From Octopus sinensis (lineage: Eukaryota), in NCBI RefSeq assembly GCF_006345805.1, contig NC_043003.1:32612001-32676000 (forward strand): a stretch of 64,000 nucleotides of DNA, read 5' to 3'. Positions 52,095-64,000 of this stretch are shown piece by piece; the stretch's first letter is position 1, and each line of letters begins with the position of its first letter. The notes below the pieces were generated by a model. That model saw only the letters and a list, made by a program, of their open reading frames with translations. It did not search any database and was not told the origin of the DNA. Position numbers and translations under genes: made by a program.

Positions 52095-52677
52095 GGCGGC
52101 GAGCAGGCAGAAACGTTAGCACGCTGGGCGGAATGCGTAACCGTATTTCATCTGCCGTTACGTTCTGAGTTGAAATTCCGCCGAGGTTGACTGTGCCTTT
52201 CATCCTTTCGGGGTCGATAAATTAAGTACCAGTTACGCACTGGGGTCGATATAATCGACTTAATGTATTTGTCTGTCCTTGTTTGTCCTCTCTGTGTTTA
52301 GCCTCTTGTGGGTAGTAAAGAAATAGAAATAGGTATTTCGTCTGCCGTTACGTTCTGAGTTGAAATTCCGCCGAGGTCGACTTTGCCTTTCATCCTTTGG
52401 GGGTCGATAAATTAAGTACCAGTTACGCACTGGGGTCGATGTAATCAACTTAATACCTATGTCTGTCTTTGTTTGTCCTCTCTATGTTTAGCCCCTTGTG
52501 GGTAATAAAGAAATATGTATTTCGTGTCTTTACGTTCCGATTTCAAATTCTGCCGAGATCGACTTTGCCTTTCATCCTTTCACAGACGATAGATTAAGTA
52601 TCAGTTGCGCACCGGGGTCGATCTAATCGACTGACCCCACTCCCCAAAAATTTCGGGCCTTCTGCCTAGAGTAGAAA
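52095..52677 (+). mobile_element. Multimeric SINE family A (one head, three body units)
   Basis: The GTATTTC...GAGGTCGACTTTGCCTTTCATCC body starts at ~52143, ~52333 and ~52517. Confidence 0.85.
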
Positions 52678-52851
52678 GTTTGTTTAACCTTGAAAAAGCA
52701 AAAGCCGAAGTTTCCTTAGTTGTTTACAAATGACGTTGTTCTGCCATCTATTGAAATACAAAAACAAAGCAGTGATGAGAAAAAAGAGACATAACAAAAA
52801 TAGAAATTATTAGAAGAAATGTGTGTGAGTGTGTGTGTGTGTGTGTGAGAG

Positions 52852-52935
<84 letters not shown>

Positions 52936-53949
52936 GATAATGTAAACCATGTAAATGACATGCAAGTAAAGAAAACTAACAGAAAATACTTGGATTCATG
53001 TTTAATATAAGGATTTAAAAACACCCAAACAAATAAAGGAATGAGGAGGGGGGATAAAGAAGGGAGAAAGTTCTCGGTTGATCAGCAACGTCATCTGTAT
53101 ATAAAAAGAAGTACATAAAGCAGTAGTCATATGTAGTCATAAGCATGTACAGAGAACAAAAGTTGTCCATTTTCTTTTCTCAATGTCGAGATATTTTTCT
53201 TCGGATGTTTAGGGAAATGTGCACTTTAAGTGGTAAAGTTCGTGAGGTGAGCGAAGGCTGGTTGGTCGATACTATGGTGAGATCAAATCTGGGAAATATG
53301 AAAACGAACCTTTGGAACTCTAAACAGCAGCATCGTAACTTAAAAGAGCTTTAACCGAACGTGGAGTGTATACTTCTAAGGAACTGGGTGCATGTGATTT
53401 CTGTGATTGCCAAGTTATGAGATGGTTTTAAAATGAGCAAGAAAAAATTGACAGGCAAGTGTAAAATGAACAAGATGTAGGATTATACGAACACAGGAGA
53501 GGAATTTATGCTGAGTTACAACATAGTAATATCTATCCTCATTTATAACGAGTGGTTAGTTTAAAAAACAACAACACTGTGTTAAATGAATCAGTGATAA
53601 TGGATAATAGAACATAATGCAAAAATAGCTTTTGTTCCGTGACCCGAAGTTGTCCTGAGCATTTGTGGGTTGTTTGCTGGGGCGTGCTTTTGCGGTTCAA
53701 GCTAAATTTTTGACAGATCAGCGACATGTGTTATCACAAATCTATTTGTGATATGTGTAGCACAGTTTACAATGAGTGTACTGTGTTATCCAAGATCAGT
53801 GATTAATGCATCAGTTATAAACGAGAATAGATGTAATATGCTGCACTTTCAAATATCCTAAGAAAATATCCTTTTTGTAAGATCTTCTAATTGGCAAAAA
53901 ATCGAAACAAAAACAGGCGACAAATCTGATTAGGAGTGTCATATGACTG

Positions 53950-54716
53950 TCACTGATTGGCAAAATGCCGTGTGAGCAAGAGTTTCTAGACAAGAAGTAG
54001 ACCTCAAAATAAACTGAATGGAAACAAAATACATGCTATCCGAAAAAGTAGTATAAGGCCGAATGATTTCGAAGCAATGAATTTAGGGAAAGAATTAATG
54101 AATTTAAAGAAAGAAGTACGATTGTTAGAATTGTAAGATAGTAAATATATGTCAGACATTGTTACACAGTAAACATAGGCCGAGATATGAACACTGGGAT
54201 CTTGCTCTTAGTAAGTACACGGCGATATATGTTTGCTTCGATTTTAGATGTGCCCAAAGCACATTAAGACAAAACCTTGTACACCAGTGTCTTCAATATT
54301 ATCATCTTTCCTACGCTCTTATAAACAAGTGAGACGTGAACAACCATAAAGAACAGTGACCGACTAGGACGGCGATAAATGGGGCATGGAAAAATCTAAG
54401 TTAGGAATAACATTGCAAAGCTTACCAGAAATCAGGTAATTCGAGGACGGAGTGGCGGTAACGATGTGATTGTGGAATACCATAAGTACGACTTCCACTG
54501 AGCCAGAAATGACGCGAAGTTCAAAGACAACAGGTGGACCCGTATAGTTTTTCTTCAAGGCATGGGAAAGACAACACAGTCAAACACTTCGGGATCAAAT
54601 GGAAGAAAAGCGCGCAATTGAAGGAATGATGAAAGCACGTTCTTACCAGCGATTAGTCTGGTAACAGCGGATAGTCTGGTAACAGCGGATAGTCTGGTAA
54701 CAGCGGATAGTCTGGT
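53950..54716 (+). mobile_element. Highly decayed RTE-type LINE 3' region ending in an 18-bp tandem repeat
   Basis: Remnants FNIIIFPTLL*TSET*T, MEKSKLGIT and KDNRWT. AGTCTGGTAACAGCGGAT repeats ~3.4 times at 54655-54716. Confidence 0.55.
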
Positions 54717-55045
54717 CGATCAAACTATAAAGCGCTAAGTAATAATTGCAGTTAAAATGAGAGCTCAATCGATGGAGAATTTGAACCAGTCTGGTTGATC
54801 CCTCTTTTTCTGTTCAAAAAGTCATTGTATATAGGTGTTTACATCATTCTATATATAAAGTATGGGCTTAAAGATCTATACCAATTTTCTATTATATTAT
54901 TTTCTATTGTACCAGCATCGAAACAAAAATACTGTTTATACGCCAGTAATTATGACTAATTTATGACTTACACACACATACATATATATTGTTATGTAAA
55001 TATTTATATATATATACATATATATGTACATACATAGATACAAAT

Positions 55046-55161
<116 letters not shown>

Positions 55162-55239
55162 TAAATATTAGGGATAAATCCAAATTTACAGGGAAAAAAA
55201 TCAGATTTAGGATTAAATCCAATTTTATAGTAAAATATT

Positions 55240-55400
55240 ATAAAATATTATTAGAGACAAAACCACTATTTTGCAAAACAAACAAGGAAAGACTTAATAC
55301 ATAAAATTTAATAAATAGTCTATTTATTAAAATTTTATGTATTGATTAAGTCTTCTTGTTTGTTTTGCAAAATAGTGGTTTGTCTCTAATAATATTTTAT
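55240..55400. repeat. ~80-bp-arm fold-back palindrome
   Basis: Centre ~55319 (ATAAATAG-T-CTATTTAT). The adjacent 55175-55230 sequence recurs at ~35800-35850. Confidence 0.85.
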
Positions 55401-55514
55401 ATATATATATTCTCTTATTCTCTTATTCTCTTATTCTCTTACTTGTTTCAGTCGTTTGACTGAGGCCATGCTGGAGCACCGCCTTTATATATATATATTA
55501 TATATATATATATC

Positions 55515-55537
<23 letters not shown>

Positions 55538-55545
<8 letters not shown>

Positions 55546-55875
55546 AAATTCGTTCTGTCTGTCTATCTGTGTGTGTCCTCTAGGACCTCGGGCAACCTCC
55601 ATCCGATTGCGCTCAAATTTGATATGTAGATACCGACGGTATCAGGGCGTGTATAAGTCTTGAAAAATTACAAAAATCGATTCCAGATCAGAATACGATC
55701 GATAAAACCGTGGGAATGTGCATTTGCACGCGCAAGCACATCAGCTGTTTCGATGTACTTACTGGTACTTTAAACTCTTCGGTTGCATATTTGTGTGAAT
55801 AAAATCGTTTTTCTTTGGAATAGAAAGAAAGTCTATCTGTATTTCTTCTTTTACTGGTGTCTTAAATTTAGGTTG
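55538..55875 (+). mobile_element. Helitron-like non-autonomous element, 5' fragment
   Basis: TATATAAAATTCGTTCTGTCTGTCTATCTGTGTGTGTCC...CCGATTGCGCTCAAATTTG, the usual layout of microsatellite-bearing Helitron derivatives. Confidence 0.5.
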
Positions 55876-56012
55876 AATCAGTGTTTCTCAATGGGGAGGC
55901 CTATGGGACGGTCGGACAAGTTGTTTTGAGAAAATTTGGTTTAAATGTTTGACAAGTGGGCACCGTCCATTGGAAGGGGGAGGGCGTTTTGCTCATATAC
56001 ATATATATATAC

Positions 56013-56063
<51 letters not shown>

Positions 56064-56074
56064 TATATATATAC

Positions 56075-56154
<80 letters not shown>

Positions 56155-56159
<5 letters not shown>

Positions 56160-56825
56160 GCTGAGGTACCCGGTAAAATATTACAGTTAATAAAATGTCT
56201 GTTTATAACCATGAAACATTTTTCGTCAAAATTTGACATTTTTCAGAGAGGACCAATTTGACTAAAAAATGAGCAGAGTCTGGTGACGAACACGTGTCCT
56301 CGTCATTTTTGTGCATGCGTGTAAAATGCCGAAATTTTACGCTTTGGGGCAGATTTCGTCAAATTGATGTCACGATGTCTCGTGTGCAAAATGCCTAAAT
56401 TTTGCTTGAGAAATAAAATGGTCTTACCTAATCAAAACCTGAAACGCTGGGGAATTAAAACAACGAATTGAAATTATAAGTTTAAGCAAATCAAAACAAT
56501 TCGCATTCAAATGAAGAATTAACAAATGCTAAATAGATTACCGTTAACAAGCTGTCTGTTTATACCCATGAAACGTTTTTAGTCAAATTTCGGCATATTT
56601 TGTCATATTCATGTCACGATGGCTATTGCGATAAATGCTGAAATTTTACAAGTTTTGAAAAATCGATGCTGATTAAAAATCGACTTTTAAAAAATCCCAA
56701 GTGTGTAAGTGACCACATGGGCGTAAGTTCCAAACACGTGTCAAGTTTCATCAAGGCCTGTAGGATAGCCTCGGAGGAGTTAAAGTAACAAATTCACAAA
56801 CACACAAACTTGCCATTTATTATTA
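56155..56825 (-). mobile_element. Helitron-like non-autonomous element
   Basis: The minus strand starts ATAATAAATGGCAAGTTTGTGTGTTTG...GATGAAACTTGACAC and ends CCGGGTACCTCAGCTACTA. Confidence 0.5.
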
Positions 56826-56846
56826 TTATTATCATTATTATTATTA

Positions 56847-56889
<43 letters not shown>

Positions 56890-56892
<3 letters not shown>

Positions 56893-57260
56893 TTACATTA
56901 TTTACATTATTTACTTTCGATGAATACTTGTCCTCATCTTGTTTGTTATTAACATAACGTTTCGGCTGATATACCCTCCAGCCTTCTTCAGGTGTCTTGC
57001 TGAAATTTCGAACCTGGGTACTCATTCCTAAGGTATTCCCTCGTCCATGAGAGGATCCATTACAACCGTTGGAAATACCTTAAGAATGAGAACCCTGGTT
57101 CGAAATTTCCCCAAGACACATGAAGAAGGTTGGGGGGTATATCAGCCGACTCGTTATGTTAACAACAAAGAAGGTGAGTACAAATATCCGTCGAATGTAA
57201 ATAATGTAAATAATGTAAACAATGTCCATAATTCTTCATCTCTTAGATATAGAACTGTAT
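56890..57260. mobile_element. Head-to-head inverted pair of the hammerhead element seen at 39542
   Basis: A minus copy at 56890-57037 (core CTGAAGA...CGAAACGTT at 56951-56996), a ~36-bp spacer, and a plus copy at 57074-57260 with a broken core. Confidence 0.8.
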
Positions 57261-57685
57261 TATTATTTTATTATTATTGTTATAATATATATATGTGTAT
57301 ATATATAATAAAGCACAACATCTTTGTGCCTGTGTCTCTGTACATCTATAGGACGAAAGGGAGTAGAAGATACGAGAAAGACGATGAGCTACATAAAATT
57401 TACTTTCCAATGCGATTAGGGGGGGGCTGAAGTGGAGAGGAAAGCCCCCCCCCCCCGTGAACTTTCAAATACCTCCGATTTGAATGAAAATAACAACATA
57501 ACTACTAGGTACTAAATAAAGACGATTTCCAGAATTTCACCAACTCACAGTATTGTTTAAACCCCAGCCCAGTGGGATTTATAACACTGGACTGAGCACC
57601 TTTGACATAGCAAATACGTCCACTTTTCATGGAAGATACATAAAATGTAACGGTGTGTTCTTGGAATAAGCGTACAACATAACTT

Positions 57686-57728
<43 letters not shown>

Positions 57729-58178
57729 AGCCATAAACACAACAGATATTACGACATTATATACATATATACACATTAATATATATATATGTGCATATAC
57801 ATATATATATATATACATATACATGTATGTATACATACATGTATATATATATATATTTACGTATATACATATATACATGTGAGGCAATTCGTTGCTAAAC
57901 CCTTAATTGCTTAGTATTACTTATATATATACATATATATATATATACTTGTACATAAATACATATATATATATACACGATATATGTATGTATACATATA
58001 TATATATTTATATATACCTATATGTATATATGTATATATATACGTATATATATATACATATACATACCTATATATATATGTATATATATGCATATATATG
58101 TATATATACACATATATATGTATGTATACATATATATATATATGCATATATATATCTATGCGTGTACATATATGTATA

Positions 58179-58252
<74 letters not shown>

Positions 58253-58707
58253 ATATATGCACACAAGCACACAAACATATGTATGTGAATGTGTCCGAGT
58301 TTTTAGGGGTTAATTTTTGCATGTGTGTAAGCGCGCGTCTGTTGGTGATTATGTTCCGAGCGATGGGGCACCTTCTCAACAAGCGTTACAGTTTATGAAA
58401 AGCTGAACGTAACAGGAATAATACTAGATGCAGCAAGAAAAGAGGCATATACCTAGCCTTTCCAACGGGACATATCTATGTTCGTTTACTACATCAAGAC
58501 TTTGGATGTACAGTCGTCAAAGGATCTAAAAGAAGATGATCATCATGAGACTCGATGCACGACTGTAAGTGTGTACATATGTACGCGTGTTGTGGTATGT
58601 GCGTATTTCAGTGTGCGAACGTACGTAACCCCATATACTCACCTGATCCCAACACACAATTGCAATGCATTCAAAAAATCTATATTCATAATGTTTCTAT
58701 ATCTTAA

Positions 58708-58890
58708 GGCAGCGATCTGGCAGAATCGCTTGCACGCTGGATAAAATGATTAGTAACTTTTCTTCCTTCTGAGGTAAAGAAAACTACCTTCTGAGTTCAA
58801 ATTCCGCCGAGGTTGATGAGCCTTTCCTGTTTTCGAGGCCGATAAAATAAGTACATGCTGAGCGCTGGACGCTATTGAATCGACCCGCGC
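58708..58890 (+). mobile_element. SINE family A copy (diverged)
   Basis: GGCAGCGATCTGGCAGAATCG...GAGTTCAAATTCCGCCGAGGT. Confidence 0.75.
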
Positions 58891-60654
58891 CCTTTCACGT
58901 GGCCACAGCCATAAACACAACAGATATTACGACATTATTTTAATGTACAGAAGCGAATGTAGCCCCCAAGCATTTGGAGTACATCACTGCTGAAAGACCC
59001 TGCAAACGGAATCATTAATACGCTGGTTGTTCAATCAAAATGTTTGTAATTCGAACGAACTCTCTTTTACTGAAATGATGCTGTGTTGTATTCTGACGTC
59101 CAAATGACACTTAACACTTAGCGATTCTAGCCCATCGATGTGTAAATTGATACGTAAAGATTATTTTTCCCTGTTGTAAGCTGTGCAGGACATACAATAT
59201 TTAATGGATTTTGTTGGTTGTAGATCAAAGTTAGTTCCCTCTAAGAGACTGCTAGAGGAGGCTATAAATACATTCAACATACACCAAGCATCAAATACTG
59301 AAACCCATAACGAATCACCATGACGTGGGTAAGGGTACAATTTGTTCTGTTTTTTTATTCCTTTTTTTTAATTTGCTTTTGTTTCCCTGCTACTTTATCA
59401 CAGAAAACTGTCCGTTATTACACAGGAGAATATTTCACACCTGTATATCTTAAATCTAATATTTTACCATATATTCACATCTACAAGTAAATCATTATGA
59501 AAACTCAGAAATATCACAATCAATATTCATGAGAGAATGTTTCATTTAACTAGCCATAACATCTGCGCTAAATCAAAAGACTACAGTCGCCAATTTTACT
59601 GTATTCAGGGTACCTAGGAGCTATGATACAGCATCAATCACCAAGCAACATGGCTTTCACTTTGCAATGCTTCTCTAATCTTTAGATGTTTGAGCAGATC
59701 AATAAATGTTAACGTTTAGCTGATTTAAACATCGTGGAAAGATTTGACACTAATCCAACTAGAAAGGTAGAAAAAGAAGAATCGATATATTACAGGGTAT
59801 TACATAATACAAGAAATAAAAATCACGCCATTACTCTCCAGCCAAAAGCAAGCACTGTACAATCTCTAGTGACAAATGAAAAAGAAAACCGATGAATAGA
59901 ATTTGCTTTCAAAGACACGTCTATAGAATATAGAATATAGATAATATACGAATAGGAATTAATTGTACCTATTTGTATATAATGATTAAGCATGTCGTGG
60001 CGGGAAATAGTGTCTGCGGTAGATGAATACCGTTTGGCAATGGTCCATTTTTGACTATCTTCCATAATAGAATAGGAGAAGCAGCTCTTGGCTATCCTCA
60101 TTGTTGCTGCTGCTGTGGTTGTTGTTAATCTACTTATTTTTGGCGTGTTGTTTAGCCCTTGATCAGCTCTGATCGAACGAACGTGTGATTAAAACCGTCT
60201 AGTCGCAGCAATTATTTTTAAAAACAATATCCTCCTATACTCATCAAATTCTTCAATCTTTAGAATGAAATCACTCTGATCTTGCTAAAACTTTCGTCAT
60301 GACACACACACACACTTCCGATATCTCAAAAATAAAAGAGACCACCATTTACAAAGGCATTCTCCAGGACCTTGAATATTTCCTCCTCCACTCTCTTTCC
60401 TTCTACCTATGTCTATCTATTTCTATCAATCTATCCATCTGCCCATCCATCTATCCATCTATCTATCTAATTATCAATCGATCACCATATATATTTCCAA
60501 ATATACATACAAATATGCATGCATACACACACAAACACACACAGACACATACATGGATACATACATACGTACATAAATACATAACGTTTTTACAAGCTTC
60601 ATTCACTGAAGGATCATTAAAAGTTTTTTGGTGGAATGAATCGTCACCAATACT

Positions 60655-61215
60655 TTTATTTTTTTAAGCCAGGTTCTTATTCTATCAATGTCTTTTGTTC
60701 AACTGCTAGATTATGGTCATATACACAAACCAACAGCGGTCGTCAAGCTTTCGCAGAAGAAAACACATACACAGTGACACACACACGAACATATATATAT
60801 GCGTATGTATGTATGTATGTATGTATGTATGTATGTATGTATGTACGACGGCCTTCTTTCAGTTTCTGTCGACCTAGTCCACCCACAAGGCTTTGGTCGA
60901 CCCAGAGCTATAGTAGAAGCAACTCGCCTAAGGTGCCACGCAATGGGTGTGAACCCGGACACATGAACATGGGAAGTAAGATTCTTACCACACAGCCATA
61001 TGTAAAGACAAGCATACATGAATACATACCTCTATTTTCATACATAAGTGGGGGGGGCGTGAATAGATTATATATTGGTTTCAAATTTTGGCACAAGGCC
61101 CGCAATTTCTGGGCAATAAGCAAGTTGACTACAACGATCCTAGTGCTCAACTGATACTTATTTTATCGCTCCCGAAAGGAGAAAAAGGCAAAGTTGAACC
61201 CAGTGACATTTGAAT
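60655..61215 (-). mobile_element. SINE family B (60655-61000) and partial family A (61075-61215) copies
   Basis: Homology to the other copies in the window. Confidence 0.75.
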
Positions 61216-64000
61216 CAGTCGTCAACAAAGAGTACTTTGTGATGTGGGGGTGAGAGTTCCAGAATAGATTTCGTGGCAAATGGCCGAGGGTCTGCTACAC
61301 GAGTCACTAGCACCTGCACCAAGACAAAGCAACAGCCCACAATTCCATCCTTTGCAATGACTTACTCTCTTCAAGGACTGCTCTGACATAGAGTAGATCT
61401 TAAGGGGAAAGGACGTGTCATTGAAAAGGTTGCGAATAGCGTCGAAATGAATTTGACTTACGACCGATTGATTGTTCAATCAGGATATTAAGTAAACAAT
61501 CGATTAGCTGGTTGGGTAGATATTTAACCAATTGACTTACAATAGAGAAGTGATAGTGAACCAGTGCATGTGTTATTACTATTGGCGCAATGGTCCTTCC
61601 AAGAAACCAGAAGTTCGCAGGCGTGGATTTCTAATTACATTGGTCAACAAAAAATTAACTCTGATAAATATAAGTTTCACTGTTCAGGAACCACACCGTT
61701 CGTTATCTCACACAAGACCGGAATAAAATTCGAACCAGGTAATGTTACTTTACTGCATCACAAATCTAATTTTTGTTTCACATTATGTCAGGCACTAAAG
61801 CAAGACGATTCCATACTTAAAATCCCACTCAAGAGATTTTTTACTTGGAAGGGAAATGATCCGCATTTCAAAATTGGTTCGGAAATTTAACACAAATATT
61901 TGATGAATTTGACTACTGAGAAAATACAAAGAAAGATGATTAAAATTATTGCGTTGATGTTGACATGATTTTTTTCTTCACAAATGTGAGATCGATACAA
62001 AGTAGATGCATGAATATGTGTGTGTGTGTGCGCGCGCGTGTGTACGTGCGTGTGTGTATGTGTGCGCGTGTGTGTGTGCATGCGTGTCTATAAAGGATAG
62101 GTCAAACGTCAAGTACAAAATACGTTCAATAAGCTCCGGAATTATCACAAATTCTTAAACTTTTCTAAAAGTGAATAAAATAAATAAAATAATGAGGAAT
62201 ACACACCCACTTGTACATGATGAGCAAATAGCAGCCCAAATCTCGTTTCCATCTCACATTATCACATACATTAAAGCGAGACATTTCTGTAATTAAAGAC
62301 AGGAAATCACATTTAGATTGTTTGAAAGGGAAATGATTCGAAATTCAAAATTGGTTCAGAAATTTGACAGAAAGCATTTGATAAATTTGATTACTGGGAA
62401 AATACAAAGAAAGATGTCGAAGATCATCGCGTTGATGTTGACAAGATTTTTCCTTCTCCGCAAATTTTTAAATAAAACAGATTAAAAAAGACACGAAATT
62501 TCCTAGATTCATTACAAAATGCAAGGAAGTATGCTACTGCAATAGAGCCATTCATTATGCTGATATTGTAACAACCTTTCTTGCAAGTCCGTATTTGTAG
62601 ATGTACTTGCTAGTTTCAGCTGACCAAATCAAATTAATAGTCTGTTTCTTAGTTCTAACCTAATTTTTAAAAATTTCGTTACTTCTACGTACCACTGTGT
62701 GCATGTTTGTATGTATGTATGTATGTATGTATGTATGTATGTATGTATGTATGTATGTATGTATTCACATCACAAAGCCCCTTCGAATGAACACCACAGA
62801 ATCCACGGTTTCATACTTTGAAATGACTAAATATGAACTACTAGTGAATCTTACATACCATGTTCAGGAAACTTCTTTACCACTTCTATACTACTACTTC
62901 TAGACTACTACTTCTACGTAGTGAAGGAATCCACAGTGGCTGACGTGTTTTCGCCGCTCCTGACCTGTCAGCGGCCGAAGACACAGAAGACACAGAATAA
63001 CAAATACAACCCAGCAGGATTACTGATAAACAACTGTAATTACTGGAAGATCTACTACTTTCTGTGAGTAATTTGAATTTCCCTCAAAATAAGTTAAAGA
63101 ATTCCAAACCTACAGTTTGGGACAAAAATTTTAGAATCATAAATATCTCCATTTTTTGTGTGAACATTTTGCCGTCACCTCTTCCTTGAGTATCAGATTA
63201 TGTAAAATGCCTTTATTGTAACAACACAACTAAATGCACGCTAAAAGTATGACACCACAATTAAATGCACGCTAAAAGTATGGACGTAAACACCAGCTAA
63301 CCTTTATCTTCTTCTTGACATACCTTTTATTGCAATTGCATTATTAACACGCGGAGAATAAGAAGAAAAAAAAAAAGAAAAGAAAAGAAAAAATACTATT
63401 TATAGTTCACTCTGCTCGTACATGACTCTATTCACAAGTACTGTTTATAGTCGGCCCCTCCTTTGATTTTTCTCAAAGTCAAGGTCACTGTTTCACAAGT
63501 TCCATCAACACTGTTGCGGTCAATTTGAACTCTATTTGACCGACCGTTCTTCATCTCACTTTATGAGCTATTTACTACTGCTGCTATCAGAATTTACTGC
63601 AGTTACTACTATCGCTACAATTAGAAACATTCAAGTTGACGATGACGCCAAAATATCTCTCTCCGTGTCTGAATTATACCGGTGGCACCAACGAAAAATC
63701 CCTTTCTTTCTCTGTGCTGGGAGAAAAGAGAATTTACTATAAAAACAAACCCCCAGCCCTCCCTCCAACGTATAATTTACTTTAAAAAGAAATACTTTAA
63801 AAGGGAAAAACGTGAGAAAAAAAAGAAAAATTAATAATCTAATTTAACAATAACATGTGCCTTCTCGCACATAAACACAGTATTCACACATATTCAAACA
63901 TGCGCAGATGCAATTATTGAAGTACTAAATGGCACGTCAAATGATATTTAATCGTGTGGAACATGTTACATGCATATCATTATTCTAAAGTTTGGACATA

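Noticed and set aside
54655-54716. Short direct repeats as a possible CRISPR array (also 6152-6218 and 63225-63280)
   Set aside because: They are tandem units without unique spacers, there are no cas genes, and the context is eukaryotic.
61222-61479. 85-aa Cys/Ser-rich minus-strand ORF
   Set aside because: It has a TTG start, no recognisable domain and no clear splice boundaries.

Overview
This is an AT-rich, microsatellite-dense eukaryotic window. Its SINE, LINE and Penelope repertoire points to a coleoid cephalopod, most likely Octopus (inferred from the repeat families, not tested). No intact host protein-coding gene was recognised, and most ORFs in the supplied track are translations of simple repeats. 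Decayed mobile elements dominate: a full-length hAT/Buster-type and a full-length mariner DNA transposon, two related MITEs, Helitron-like non-autonomous elements, fragments of Tx1/L1, RTE, R4/Dong and HERO-like LINEs, many tRNA-derived SINEs of three families, and Penelope-like (GIY-YIG) elements. The main unannotated signal is a set of minimal type-I hammerhead ribozyme motifs from at least five unrelated repeat families, mostly in fold-back (inverted) arrangements. These include a non-coding ~355-nt retrozyme-like unit whose inversion junction lies next to the predicted cleavage site, and a short element with a tRNA-like Pol III head, an (AAT)n tract and a hammerhead. An RTE LINE with twin-priming-like 5' inversion geometry interrupts a 21-bp minisatellite. 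All alignments and folds were made by eye.
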